Shown here piece after piece: positions 12,982-24,689 of a DNA stretch of 64,000 bases (positions are counted from its first letter, which is position 1; each line of letters begins with the position of its first letter). The stretch is taken from the NCBI GenBank assembly GCA_002269645.1, contig NIVC01000567.1:248001-312000 (forward strand), in the 5' to 3' direction. Origin of the DNA: Macrostomum lignano (taxonomy: Eukaryota). The notes beneath the pieces were generated by a model. The model ran no database searches, was not told where the DNA came from, and was given only the letters and a program-made list of their open reading frames with translations. Both the position numbers and the translations under genes were made by a program.

Positions 12982-14007
12982 CGAGGGGTGTCCAAAAAGT
13001 AGTGATACTTTTGCTCATATAGCTTTACTGCATTCTTGAAAATCAGAAAGTTTTGTGTTGTTGGAAAGCGGAAAATATCAACTTTAATTTGACTGAAAAA
13101 TCAACCTCATATGTTGTTTTTAAAAAAAGTTATCACTGTCTATTTGAGCAAGGATGGCCCATAGACTTACAAAAAAACTGTATGGTAGATCTTGCTGAGT
13201 TTTTACGAGCCGGAGAATATCGAGCAGCCAGAGAATATCGAGCGCTCAATATTCTCTGTTACGAGCATTTTATAAGCGTTCGAGTGGTGCTGTTTTGTCT
13301 GTGGTAAAATTATGGCTAAGTCTTCTTTGCACTGCCAGCTTGCTTCATTCTTATTTCTCAAGCGCTTGCTTTTTCAAGACCAGATTTTGTTCAGCCGACA
13401 GTTATGGACGTGCACTCAAAGGAAGGACAGCGACACGCAATTCACACCCTATGGAGTATCGGAAAAAGTGGACAGGAGATTTACCATCATCTGTGCAGCA
13501 TTCATGGAGCCGAAGCAGTAAGTCGCATGACGGTGTACCGATGGGTCGAGCAATTTGAGTCAGGAAGAACAAATTTGGCTGACTTGCCAAGGTCAGGAAG
13601 GCCATCCGCACCAAGCTCAAAGGCTTTGGCTGACCGGATTCTTGATCTTCTGGAAGAAGACTGCAGATTAACAATTCGTGAGATTGCTGACAGACTCGAC
13701 ACCCCACGATCAACGGTCCATCTCTGCAATTATGTCGAGAAAGCTTCCCTCCCTGATGATGATGAGGCGTACTAACTGTCGCAACTTCTTGACCTGTTGC
13801 ACCATGCACAAATTCATTGTAACTCTATGGTCGACCTTGTTGTGTGTTTCTATCCATAACTTTGTTATAGGTTGTGTTTTTGTTAAATGTTTGCAGTCAA
13901 ATTAAAGCTGATAAGTTCCGCTTTCCAACAACACCAAACTTGCTGATTTTCAAGCATACAGTAAAGCTATACGAGCAAAAGTATCACTACTTTTTGGACA
14001 CCCCTCG
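12982..14007 (+). mobile_element. Internally deleted mariner DNA transposon
   Basis: TA duplication at 12980-12981 and 14008-14009. TIRs start CGAGGGGTGTCCAAAAAGTAGTGATACT and pair for about 115 bp. A transposase remnant lies inside. Confidence 0.95.
13404..13775 (+). CDS. Truncated mariner transposase (N-terminal HTH DNA-binding region only)
   Basis: VSRMTVYRWVEQFESGRTNLADLPRSGRPS...DCRLTIREIADRL is the mariner bipartite HTH. It is joined directly to a YVEK C-terminal-like motif; there is no DD34D catalytic domain. Confidence 0.85.
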   Translation: MDVHSKEGQRHAIHTLWSIGKSGQEIYHHLCSIHGAEAVSRMTVYRWVEQFESGRTNLADLPRSGRPSAPSSKALADRILDLLEEDCRLTIREIADRLDTPRSTVHLCNYVEKASLPDDDEAY

Positions 14008-15733
14008 TATTAACCTGAATGGGAGAAATTTTCTGGATCCTTATCGACAGCCAGTTCTCCCACAGCCTCCATTGGTGCCGGCTTGTCCTACAAACTGGTA
14101 CATAGCCAACATTGAGACCAAACTCTGCGCTCTAATGAGAATAGTGTCCTGCGTTCACAGTCAAACAGTTGCTATGCTGGGAAACTCGTCGGATAACAAG
14201 CAGGTTTTGGACCTGATGAACTCGGTTCCAGATCCCACAATCATCGCTTTACATCAGAGACAATCGCAGGCTTCAGCATGGAGACCAATATTCATGTCCA
14301 TGAAAGTTGACTTTCTATTGCAAGTGTCGACTCTGATATTGGGTAACACGCGGAGACTCCGTCCATGTTTCATTACAGAGCCTGACTAATATATATAGTG
14401 TTAATTTCTAATCGTCAAACTCTTATGCGATAAAATCATACTCAATATATTCGTGGATATTTGCTTATGCAATAAAAATAGCGTGGTTTTGTTATACCAA
14501 ACAGTCGTTACTTGGTTGTTATTTCATATTTGAATGCACTCTTATTTCGTAGAGACAAGTTTCGTATGCGAGTACAGTTTGATAACGCCGACTTTTCACT
14601 TAAAACAATGTTTGTTTTTGTTTAACAATGTTCCCTCCTTTTGGCGCGAATTTAAATTCAGCTTAGTTTACCAAACAATATGAGTGTACAATTGTCAGTT
14701 AAACATGTACTAATTCATTTTTGAAATCTCCAGTAACTTTAGAAAAGATTTTTTTTAAATAGTTAAGATTTCGAGAGAATATGTCAATCACACTCGTCTC
14801 ACCGTATTTTCCATTGATTGATCCGTCTCGATCTATACAGACGTTCCTTTTCCAGAGGCGACTAGATTCTTGCGCGGATTATAGCGATATTTTATAGACC
14901 TGCAGGTTTACTTTGGATGCTAACAATTCCATAGATTAGAAGAGTATCGTACGCTTTAAGGCTCTTTTTGGCCATAGACATTTCAACAGAACCGCCTTAA
15001 ATCTTTTTTACACTGTATCTCTATATGTATGCTCTCTGGAGACTCCTACAGACTGGGTACATGCAGTTTGCAGTTTTCTCATCAATGCATACCCATGCAG
15101 TCTATGGTAAAAGTCCATCTTGCCAAAGCTGAATAGATTTTCACATATCTTCTGTTGATGATGAGAAAAGTGCAGCTTATTTGCCTGGTAGTAGCTCGTA
15201 TATTGCTTTTGTAAGGCAGGTTAAGCCAACTAAGTTAAGAATTCCTATTTAGCAGCAGTATATATTCGGTCTTACCCAGAGACATAGACATAAAAACAGC
15301 AAGTTCAGTTGATAATTCGGCCACAGACATCGGCACAAAGAGGGACGCCAGCAGCCTCGCTCATGGACACACACACACACACAGTTGTCAAAACAATTAA
15401 ATTATGCTTTAGCATCAACTTCCATGCAGTAAGGAATTATGCAATTAATTTTAGACTGAATGCTCTGCACCAGCGCAGCTCTTTCAAGCGTCGAAAGAGG
15501 AACTGCTTCGCTTAATTACTTTAACCGTTATAATGGCTTTCTGACAGGCGACAATACACGTTGGGGCGGGGGTGTTTTTCTACGAGTATGACAGCTGCGA
15601 GATCAACTTTTACTGAGAGCTGCTCACAGCTACATCAAGCTAATGATTAATATTTAGCCTGGCTCAACAACCCATATCGCGTGGCTGAACCCTCTCTTTG
15701 GGATGGTTAATTTTTTAAGTGTGACATCTCGAA

Positions 15734-16354
15734 GGCCAAGGCTGGCTCGACCGGTTCTTTTACTGGCTTCCTGCCCGTGGCCCCCACTCGGATCAACCAA
15801 TGGGTGGCTTCAAAGCACAAGGAGAGGTGGGCTTAAAGCCCCAACTACCGGCGATCCCGCGCGGCTGTCCCCCGTCCTTCCTCCGCCCTGCGCAAGGCCC
15901 TACTTGGACTCAACCGCAGGGACATCAGGGCGGTGACCATGGCCCTTTCGGGTCATGGCTGTTTTTCCAGGCATCGCCACCTCCAGGGAAAAATCCGCAG
16001 CAAGGAATGCCCCTTCTGCTTCTCCGGTGTCGAGAATGCGGAGCACTTCATCTGTGAATGCCCCACCTTTATTCAGGACAGGCTCACCTACCTCGGCCCA
16101 AACCTGGACCTCTCCGACGTTTTCAGGCCCGAGAATCTCTGCCAGCTCGTCCGCTACCTAAGGGCTACCGGGCGAGCGACAATTCACCTCCTGGACTGTC
16201 CGGAGGAGGACCGCGCTGCGGACACCGGCACCCTGCGCGACACCGCAGCACTAGCTGCCTGCGGCCGCCAGAGGTTAGCGAAATGGGCGCGGCAACGCCT
16301 CCTCGCTGCATCCGGATGCGCTGAACCCCCTACAGCTAAGTCAAGCTAAGTCAA
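15734..16354 (+). mobile_element. 5'-truncated non-LTR retrotransposon (R1/LOA/I-group type ORF2 3' end)
   Basis: LSGHGCF...[19 protein letters not shown] is a C-terminal CCHC knuckle. There is a 3' tail of (GCTAAGTCAA)2 and a 13 bp TSD, GTGACATCTCGAA, at 15721-15733 and 16355-16367. Confidence 0.88.
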
Positions 16355-16475
16355 GTGACATCTCGAAAAAATGACTAAGTTAGACTTCAGGAAGAGTTGC
16401 TAACTTAGCGATAAGTAGAAAATAAGGAAACCGTGCAAATAAAAAACTAATTATCAACATTTTGTAATTTGTAAC

Positions 16476-16517
16476 ATTGCGACGCGTTTCGATCACCATT
16501 GATCATTCTCAAGCAAA
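16476..16517 (-). ncRNA. Minimal type I hammerhead ribozyme-like motif (U3-A8 variant)
   Basis: The - strand reads UUUGC UUGAGAA U GAUCA-AUGG-UGAUC GAAA C-GC-G UC|GCAAU. This gives stem I UUGC/GCAA, a 5 bp stem II, a palindromic 2 bp stem III and a GUC cleavage triplet. Confidence 0.65.
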
Positions 16518-16759
16518 TCTTAGTTATATTTGAAAACGAAAAGGAGTTTAAACGACGACATTTGCATGGTTTTATTTGCATGGTTGTTAAAGCGATCAAC
16601 TTTACCTCAATAAAGAAACCGAGTGTCAATATTAAAGGTTTCGACAGTTTCAGACTCAGGGGAGCAGCGTTAGATTCATAGTATGTGACGAGAGAATAGA
16701 CAAACAAATCGATATGTTACTGGTAACAGTAAAACTACCAAGGGGGAATCCTTTCCGCC

Positions 16760-17100
16760 AATTTGTTTGCTGCTTCAAAAAGGAGCAACGCAGGCGCACG
16801 AAATTCAACAACACAGGTAAACTTTCTGTTGCGCACCTTCTCAAACAAGAATCACGTCGCCAGCCCACCTGACCGTCGAGATATTCAACGATTCTGCCGG
16901 AAAGTCGGATTTTTCCCCTAAGAGCTAGTGTATTCAATACACCCCTGTGCGCCAATCAGCACTGCGTCTCAGTGCAGCCTTGCCAAGCCTCCAAATTTCA
17001 TCAGCACGTCGACCACACGTGTCTGCATCAGCTCTGACTTCATGGGTCACTGGCCTTCACTCAGACGGAACTTCTGGGCCTTCAACAGGTGCTACAAGGT
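16760..17100 (+). repeat. Dispersed repeat, related to 48760-49060
   Basis: Shares ggagcaacgc..cacgaaattcaa and tattca.tacacccctgtgcgccaatcagcactgcg...atttcatcag...gtctgcatcagct with the copy near 48.8-49.0 kb. Confidence 0.75.
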
Positions 17101-17671
17101 GACTATGGTCATCCTATTGGAAGTTCTCAAGTTTCGCTGATCAAGCCTCCTCAGTGGCAAAACCTCAACTACTGAACATCCTCAGCTAGTCTCTCAAGCA
17201 TTTCGTCATCACCCCCCCGGACGCCTTCAGTGGGTGGCAACGTGTGGAAAAAGAACTCAGTATCAATTATTTGAGGATTTAGAACAGAATTTATTTGGTT
17301 TTAGGTGGGTAAGAATGCCCCGCCTATTAAGAGTCAGAATCAGTCACATTTATTACATATTACTTATTAGAAATGAAAAATCTAAACTTATATCAGTCAG
17401 TGAGCTGGCGGAGTGCATGCACAAAGAAACTGCTTCTGTTAGGTAAATCAGTTTTAAACAGTTTAATGCATCCAATGCGAATTGCGCATTGACCGCACAA
17501 AACACGAAAAAATAACCAATCAAAAGGGTAAAATTTTCGTGAAAAGATTAGGTTTCTGATATTGGTTTTTGCTATTTACATATTTCTAAGTAGAGCATCA
17601 AACTTAGGACTTCTTCACACTGCCATCGAAAAATCCATTTTAATCGATGGCACAGTCAAGTAAGTTAAACA

Positions 17672-18232
17672 GGGCAACAATCAAGTTGATCGGGGCAACA
17701 ATCAAGTTGATCAGGGCAACAATCAAGTAAGTTCAACAGGGCAACAATCAAGTTGATCAGGGCAACAATCAAGTTGATCAGGGCAACAATCAAGTTGATC
17801 AGGCAACAATCAAGTTGATCAGGCAACAAGCAAATTGATCAGGCAACAAGCAAGTTGATCAGGGCAACAATCAAGTTGATCAGGCAACAAGCAAATTGAT
17901 CAGGCAACAAGCAAGTTGATCAGGGCAACAATCAAGTAAGTAAAAAAGGCTAACAATCACGCTAGACAGGCCAACAATCAAGCTAGACAGGCCAACAATC
18001 AAGCTAGACAGGCCAACAATCAAGCTAGACAGGCCAACAATCAAGCTAGACAGGCCAACAATCAAGCTAGACAGGCCAACAATCAAGCTAGACAGGCCAA
18101 CAATCAAGCTAGACAGGCCAACAATCAAGCTAGACAGGCCAACAATCAAGCTAGACAGGCCAACAATCAAGCTAGACAGGCCAACAATCAAGTTAGACAG
18201 GCCGACAATCACGTCAAACAGGGCAACAATAA
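17672..18232. repeat. Minisatellite with 21-22 bp units (CAACAATCAAGTTGATCAGGG, then CAACAATCAAGCTAGACAGGC)
   Basis: Two adjacent, related unit variants. Confidence 0.95.
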
Positions 18233-18304
18233 AGACTGAGACTCTTGAACTATAAAGTCAGGGAGAGGATCATGTTTAACAAAAAACCGGATACTTCCAC
18301 ATCA

Positions 18305-18501
18305 TCAGCAGGCGCCGCCAGCAGCCGGCAGCCGCATCACCACCCGGCCCTGCTCGCTGCCCGAGTTGCCGCCAGCTACGGCGGTGCAGTGGAAGCCGCC
18401 GCAAAATGAGCCACCGCCGCCGCCGGCGTGGCCGTAATTGACTTCGGCGCCGCCGCCGCTAAAGCCGCCTCCGGCGCCAAACCTGCCGTTTACGAAGCCA
18501 T
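18305..18501 (-). pseudogene. ALK/LTK-type glycine-rich domain gene, last exon
   Basis: GRFGAGGGFSGGGAEVNYGHAGGGGGSFCGG...GGNSGSEQGRVVMRL is a typical C-terminus of this domain. Acceptor catgttAG at 18503-18502. Confidence 0.65.
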
Positions 18502-19189
18502 CTAACATGATTTTAAAGGGCTCTTAATGATAAAAGTAGAACAGAATAAAAGTGTTTGCAAACAAGAAACTGACAGTGAGCTTTGAGTGTGATGTACTGG
18601 CTGGTTAATCGACATGCTCTGTTTTTACATGCCAGTATCAGCTCAGGAAAATCACACTCGATTGTGATGTAACCTGGGAAATGATAGCTTACTGAGCTAT
18701 GGCTCTATCGAGGTACTGACCAGGGTAGGAGGGGATCAGACATCACCCTCCGAGGGGCACCCGCCCTAGATGAAGAATGGGTAGCTTGGGTCGTGTTTGG
18801 TCGGTCCGATAGCAAGGTCACACTGTTCTAATCCCAACTATGGACGCCAAAGAGTTTTGAAGGGTAGGGACTGCTTAAAGTAGTTCTACGTTATTACACC
18901 TTAAATCTCTTTACGACCTGCTCACCCAGCTTCTGTGTTTGTATACTTGCATCCCTATAGCATTCTACTCACTAGCCTGCATGCTTAAAGGATTATTAAA
19001 TCAAAGTAGGACAACTGGGTTATGATTTCACATCTGCAGATACTAATACTCGTGAATTAATGATTGACTTATTGCAAAGCGGGATGGGGATCCCGATGGT
19101 CCATCCCTGGTCTTACGAATCCCGGACAATTGTGATTGGCCTACTCAAAATCCCGGGATTAAGAATTCAGGGATCCCGGGATTTGTCAC

Positions 19190-19491
19190 CTGAATTCCTC
19201 CTCGAAACGCCGTCGCCGCTGCTCATCGCTCGCTCCGTACACGAAGCTGCCACCGCCACCGCCGCAGCCAGCCGTCGAGGGGGCTGCCGGACCGCCTGTC
19301 TGATCGACCACGACTGACAGCCGCGACCCGCCAGTCAGATTGAAGCTGCCAGCTGCTGATGCACCTCTGCCGCCTTACTTTGCTATAGGCAGCGTTGTCA
19401 CCTCCGGCTCCTCCGAAGGCCTCGATGCGGCAGCAGCCGGTGATGTTGATCGTCAGGTGCTGGATGGTCCCGTTGCGACCCGTACTCGAGT
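19190..19491 (-). pseudogene. ALK/LTK-type glycine-rich domain gene, frameshifted middle exon
   Basis: GTIQHLTINITGCCRIEAFGGAGG, then after a frameshift near 19375 GGRGASAAGSFNLTGGSRLSVVVDQTGG...GGGGGSFVY. This is the conserved start of the domain; the ORF track does not show it. Confidence 0.65.
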
Positions 19492-19577
19492 CTGGGAGAG
19501 GTAATTTTGACCTTGCTGGTTGACAGACACAGAACCAATTCTTGCAACCAATGGCGGACCACCAGGTCTGGATTCCT

Positions 19578-20508
19578 TATGAGTCTGACTTCCCTATGAG
19601 TCTGGCTTCGAATGAGTCTGGCTTCGAATGAGTCTGGCTTTCGAATGAGTCTGGCTTCGAATGAGTCTGGCTTCCGAATGAGTCTGGCTTCGAATGAGTC
19701 TAGCTTCGAATGAGTCTGGCTTCCCAATGAGTCTGGCTTCCCTATGAGTCTGGCTTCCCAATGAGTCTGGCTTCCCTATGAGTCTGGCTTCCCAATGAGT
19801 CTGGCTTTCGAATGAGTCTGGCTTCCCAATGAGTCTGGCTTCCCTATGAGTCTGGCTTTCGAATGAGTCTGGCTTTCGAATGAGTCTGGCTTCCCAATGA
19901 GTCTGGCTTCCCTATGAGTCTGGCTTTCGAATGAGTCTGGCTTCGAATGAGTCTGGCTTCGAATGAGTCTGGCTTCCCTATGAGTCTGGCTTCCCTATGA
20001 GTCTGGCTTCCCTATGAGTCTGGCTTTCGAATGAGTCTGGCTTTCGAATGAGTCTGGCTTCCCAATGAGTCTGGCTTCCCTATGAGTCTGGCTTCGAATG
20101 AGTCTGGCTTCGAATGAGTCTGGCTTCGAATGAGTCTGGCTTCCCTATGAGTCTGGCTTCCCTATGAGTCTGGCTTCCCTATGAGTCTGGCTTCCCTATG
20201 AGTCTGGCTTCCCTATGAGTCTGGCTTCCCTATGAGTCTGGCTTCCCTATGAGTCTGGCTTCCCTATGAGTCTGGCTTCCCTATGAGTCTGGCTTCCCTA
20301 TGAGTCTGGCTTCCCTATGAGTCTGGCTTCCCTATGAGTCTGGCTTCCCTATGAGTCTGGCTTCCCTATGAGTCTGGCTTCCCTATGAGTCTGGCTTCCC
20401 TATGAGTCTGGCCGGCTTCCCTATGAGTCTGGCTTCCCTATGAGTCTGGCTTCCCTATGAGTCTGGCCGGCTTCCCTATGAGTCTGGCTTCCGTACGAGT
20501 CTGGCTTC
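19578..20508. repeat. 16-17 bp minisatellite (GGCTTCCCTATGAGTCT / GGCTTCGAATGAGTCT)
   Basis: Intronic tandem array of about 55 units. Confidence 0.96.
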
Positions 20509-20577
20509 GGGTCTTTGACCCGATGTGAAAGTGAAATTGAGACAATTTAAAATAAATTTGATCCTGAATTCACTCAC

Positions 20578-20964
20578 TTGACAGAAGGATGGTGAAATTC
20601 TTTGGCTGCCTCTGCTGCACTGTCTGCTCAAAGTCAGCACCTTCCACACCTGCAGCTCGCCAGTCGAGCTGTTGCCGAACCGCCTGGCTACGTGAGTTCC
20701 CGGTGGTCCCAGCTGCTTCGAGGCGTCATTGATGAAGAGCAGCTCGCAGAAGCCCAATCTGCTAGCAGCAGCTGCAGCGCAGTTTCTCTCTGAGCACTGC
20801 AGCAGGCAGTCAGTAGCTGAGCGCATGCGGCTTAGAGAGATGACCTCACTGCTGGAGGCGTCCGTTAGCTCGACTGGCTGCTCAGAGGCGGTGAAACTGT
20901 TAGGATCGAGCTGCACTGCCCCTGCTGGGAGCAGGGCTGGAATGGTGGCATTGCAGATATAGAT
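20578..20964 (-). CDS. PAN/Apple-like exon, probably upstream of the glycine-rich exons
   Basis: SLSRMRSATDCLLQCSERNCAAAAASRLGFCELL has PAN-like cysteine spacing. Acceptor at 20966-20965, GTGAGT donor at 20577, 387 nt open. Confidence 0.5.
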
Positions 20965-20972
20965 CTGCATAT

Positions 20973-21990
<1,018 letters not shown>

Positions 21991-22299
21991 AATTGAAAAT
22001 GCAGTGTGGAAGCGTAGCACCAGACTTGATTTAAATTGCGTAACCATATTGTTAACTGATACTGACTGACTGAGAAACTGATTATGTCATAACTGCTTCG
22101 TGTGATTTACTCTATGCTTGGATTTTAAAGTGTTGAATTATATAAGTGCAAAATTTGATGTTATCAAAACGATGAGAGCTAGCCTAGAGGTGAACAAACT
22201 GAACTGTCAAATGCAGCGACGATGGTTCGAATTTTCATAGAGTATAATTTTTTTAATTAAAGCTTTTCAACGTCAGGAAAACTAAAAGACTTTTTAAAA

Positions 22300-24665
22300 A
22301 GAAGCGTCATGTAAAAAATCATAGAAGTGTCATGTAAACAATCATAGAAGCGCCATGTAAAAAATCGTAAAAGCGTTATATAAAAATCATAGAAGCGTAA
22401 TGTAAAAAATCATAGAAGCGTCATGTAAACAATCATAGAAGCGTCATGTAAACAATCATAGAAGCGTCATGTAAACAATCATAGAAGCGTCATGTAAAAA
22501 AGCATAGAAGCGTCATGAAAAAATCATAGAAGCGTCATGTAAAAAAATCATAGAAGCGTCATGTAAACAATCATAGAATCGCCATGTAAAAATCGTAAAA
22601 GCGTTATATAAAAATCATAGAAGCGTAATGTAAACAATCATAGAAGCGTCATGTAAACAATCATAGAAGCGTCATGTAAAAAATCATAGAAGCGTCATGA
22701 AAAAATCATAGAAGCGTCATGTAAACAATCATAGAAGCGTCATAAAAAATCATCGAAGTGACATGAAAAAATCATAGAAGCGTCATGTAAACAATCATAG
22801 AAGCGTCATGTAAACAATCATAGAATCGCCATGTAAAAATCGTAAAAGCGTTATATAAAAATCATGGAAGTGTAATGTAAAAAATCATAGAAGCGTCATG
22901 TAAACAATCATAGAAGCGTCATGTAAACAATCATAGAATCGCCATGTAAAAATCGTAAAAGCGTTATATAAAAATCATGGAAGTGTAATGTAAAAAATCA
23001 TAGAAGCGTCATGTAAAAATCATAGTAGCGTCATGTAAAAATCATAGAAGCGTCATGTAAAAATTCATAGAAGCGTCATGCAAACAATCATAGAAGCGTC
23101 ATGGTAAAATCATAGAAGCGTCATGTAAACAATCATAGAAGCGTCATGCAAACAATCATAGAAGCGTCATGTAAAAGTCAAAAAAGCGTCATAAAAAATC
23201 ATAGAAGCGTCATGAAAAAATCATAGAAGCGTCATGCAAAAATCATAGAAGCGTCATGAAAACAATCATAGAAGCGTCATTAAAAATCATAGAAGCGTCA
23301 TGTAAAAGTCAAAATAGCGTCATAAAAAATCATAGAAGCGTCATAAAAAATCATCGAAGTGACATGAAAAAACCATTAATGCGTCATGTAAAAAATCATA
23401 GAAGCGTCATGAAAAAATCATAGAAGCGTCATGTAAAAAATCATAGAAGCGTCATGTAAACAATCATAGAAGCGTCATGTAAACAATCATAGAAGCGTCA
23501 TGTAAAAATTCATAGAAGCGTCATGCGAACAATTATAGAAGCGTCATGGTAAAATCATAGAAGCGTCATGTAAACAATCATAGAAGCGTCATGCAAACAA
23601 TCATAGAAGCGTCATGTAAAAGTCAAAAAAGCGTCATAAAAAATCATAGAAGCGTCATAAAAAATCATCGAAGCGTCATGAAAAAATCATAGAAGCGTCA
23701 TGTAAAAAATCATAGAAGCGTCATGTAAACAATCATAGAAGCGTCATATAAACAATCATAGAAGCGTCATGAAAAAATCATAGAAGCGTCATGTAAAAAA
23801 AGCATAAAAGAGTCATGTAAAAAATCATAGAAGCGTCATGTAAACAATCATAGAAGCGTCATAAAAAAATCATAGAAGCGTCATGTAAAAATCATAGAAG
23901 CGTCATGTAAAAAAGCATAAAAGCGTCATGTAAAAAATCATAGAAGCGTCATGTAAAAATCATAGAAGCGTCATGTAAAAATCATAGAAGCGTCATGTAA
24001 AAATCATAGAAGCGTCATGTAAAAATCATAGAAGCGTCATGTAAACAATCATAGAAGCGTCATGTAAACAATCATAGAAGCGTCATAAAAAAATCATAGA
24101 AGCGTCATGTAAACAATCATAGAAGCATCATGTAAACAATCATAGAAGCGTCATGCAAACAATCATAGAAGCGTCATGTAAAAAAAGCATAAAAGCGTCA
24201 TGTAAAAAATCATAGAAGCGTCATGTAAACAATCATAGAAGAGTCATGTAAACAATCATAGAAGCGTCATGTAAACAATCATAGAAGCGTCATGTAAAAA
24301 AATCATAGAAGCGTCATGTAAAAATCAAAGAAGCGTCATGTAAACAATCATAGAAGCGTCATGTAAACAATCATAGAAGAGTCATGTAAACAATCATAGA
24401 AGCGTCATGTAAACAAGCATAGAAGCGTCATGTAAACAATCATAGAAGCATCATGTAAAAATCATAGAAGCGTCATGTAAACAATCATAGAAGCGTCATG
24501 TAAACAATCATAGAAGCGTCATAAAAAATCATCGAAGTGACATGAAAAAATCATAGAAGCGTAATGTAAAAAATCATAGAAGCGTCATGAAAAAATCATA
24601 GAAGTGACATGAAAAAACCATTAATGCGTCATGTAAACAATCATAGAAGCGTCATGTAAGCGTCA
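22300..24665. repeat. 22-23 bp satellite (AAAAATCATAGAAGCGTCATGT), about 100 units
   Basis: Long tandem array with variant units; decayed copies recur at 25970-26060. Confidence 0.97.
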
Positions 24666-24689
24666 TAAAAATTAAATGAAGCTATAGTA

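Larger units (their letters stand above)
12902..14389 (+). pseudogene. Orphan gene, last exon, interrupted by a mariner insertion
   Basis: The acceptor at 12900-12901 is phase-compatible with exon 1. Joining 12902-12981 to 14010-14389 gives an unbroken frame (...AAHSST-INLNGRNFLDPY...TEPD*). Confidence 0.55.
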
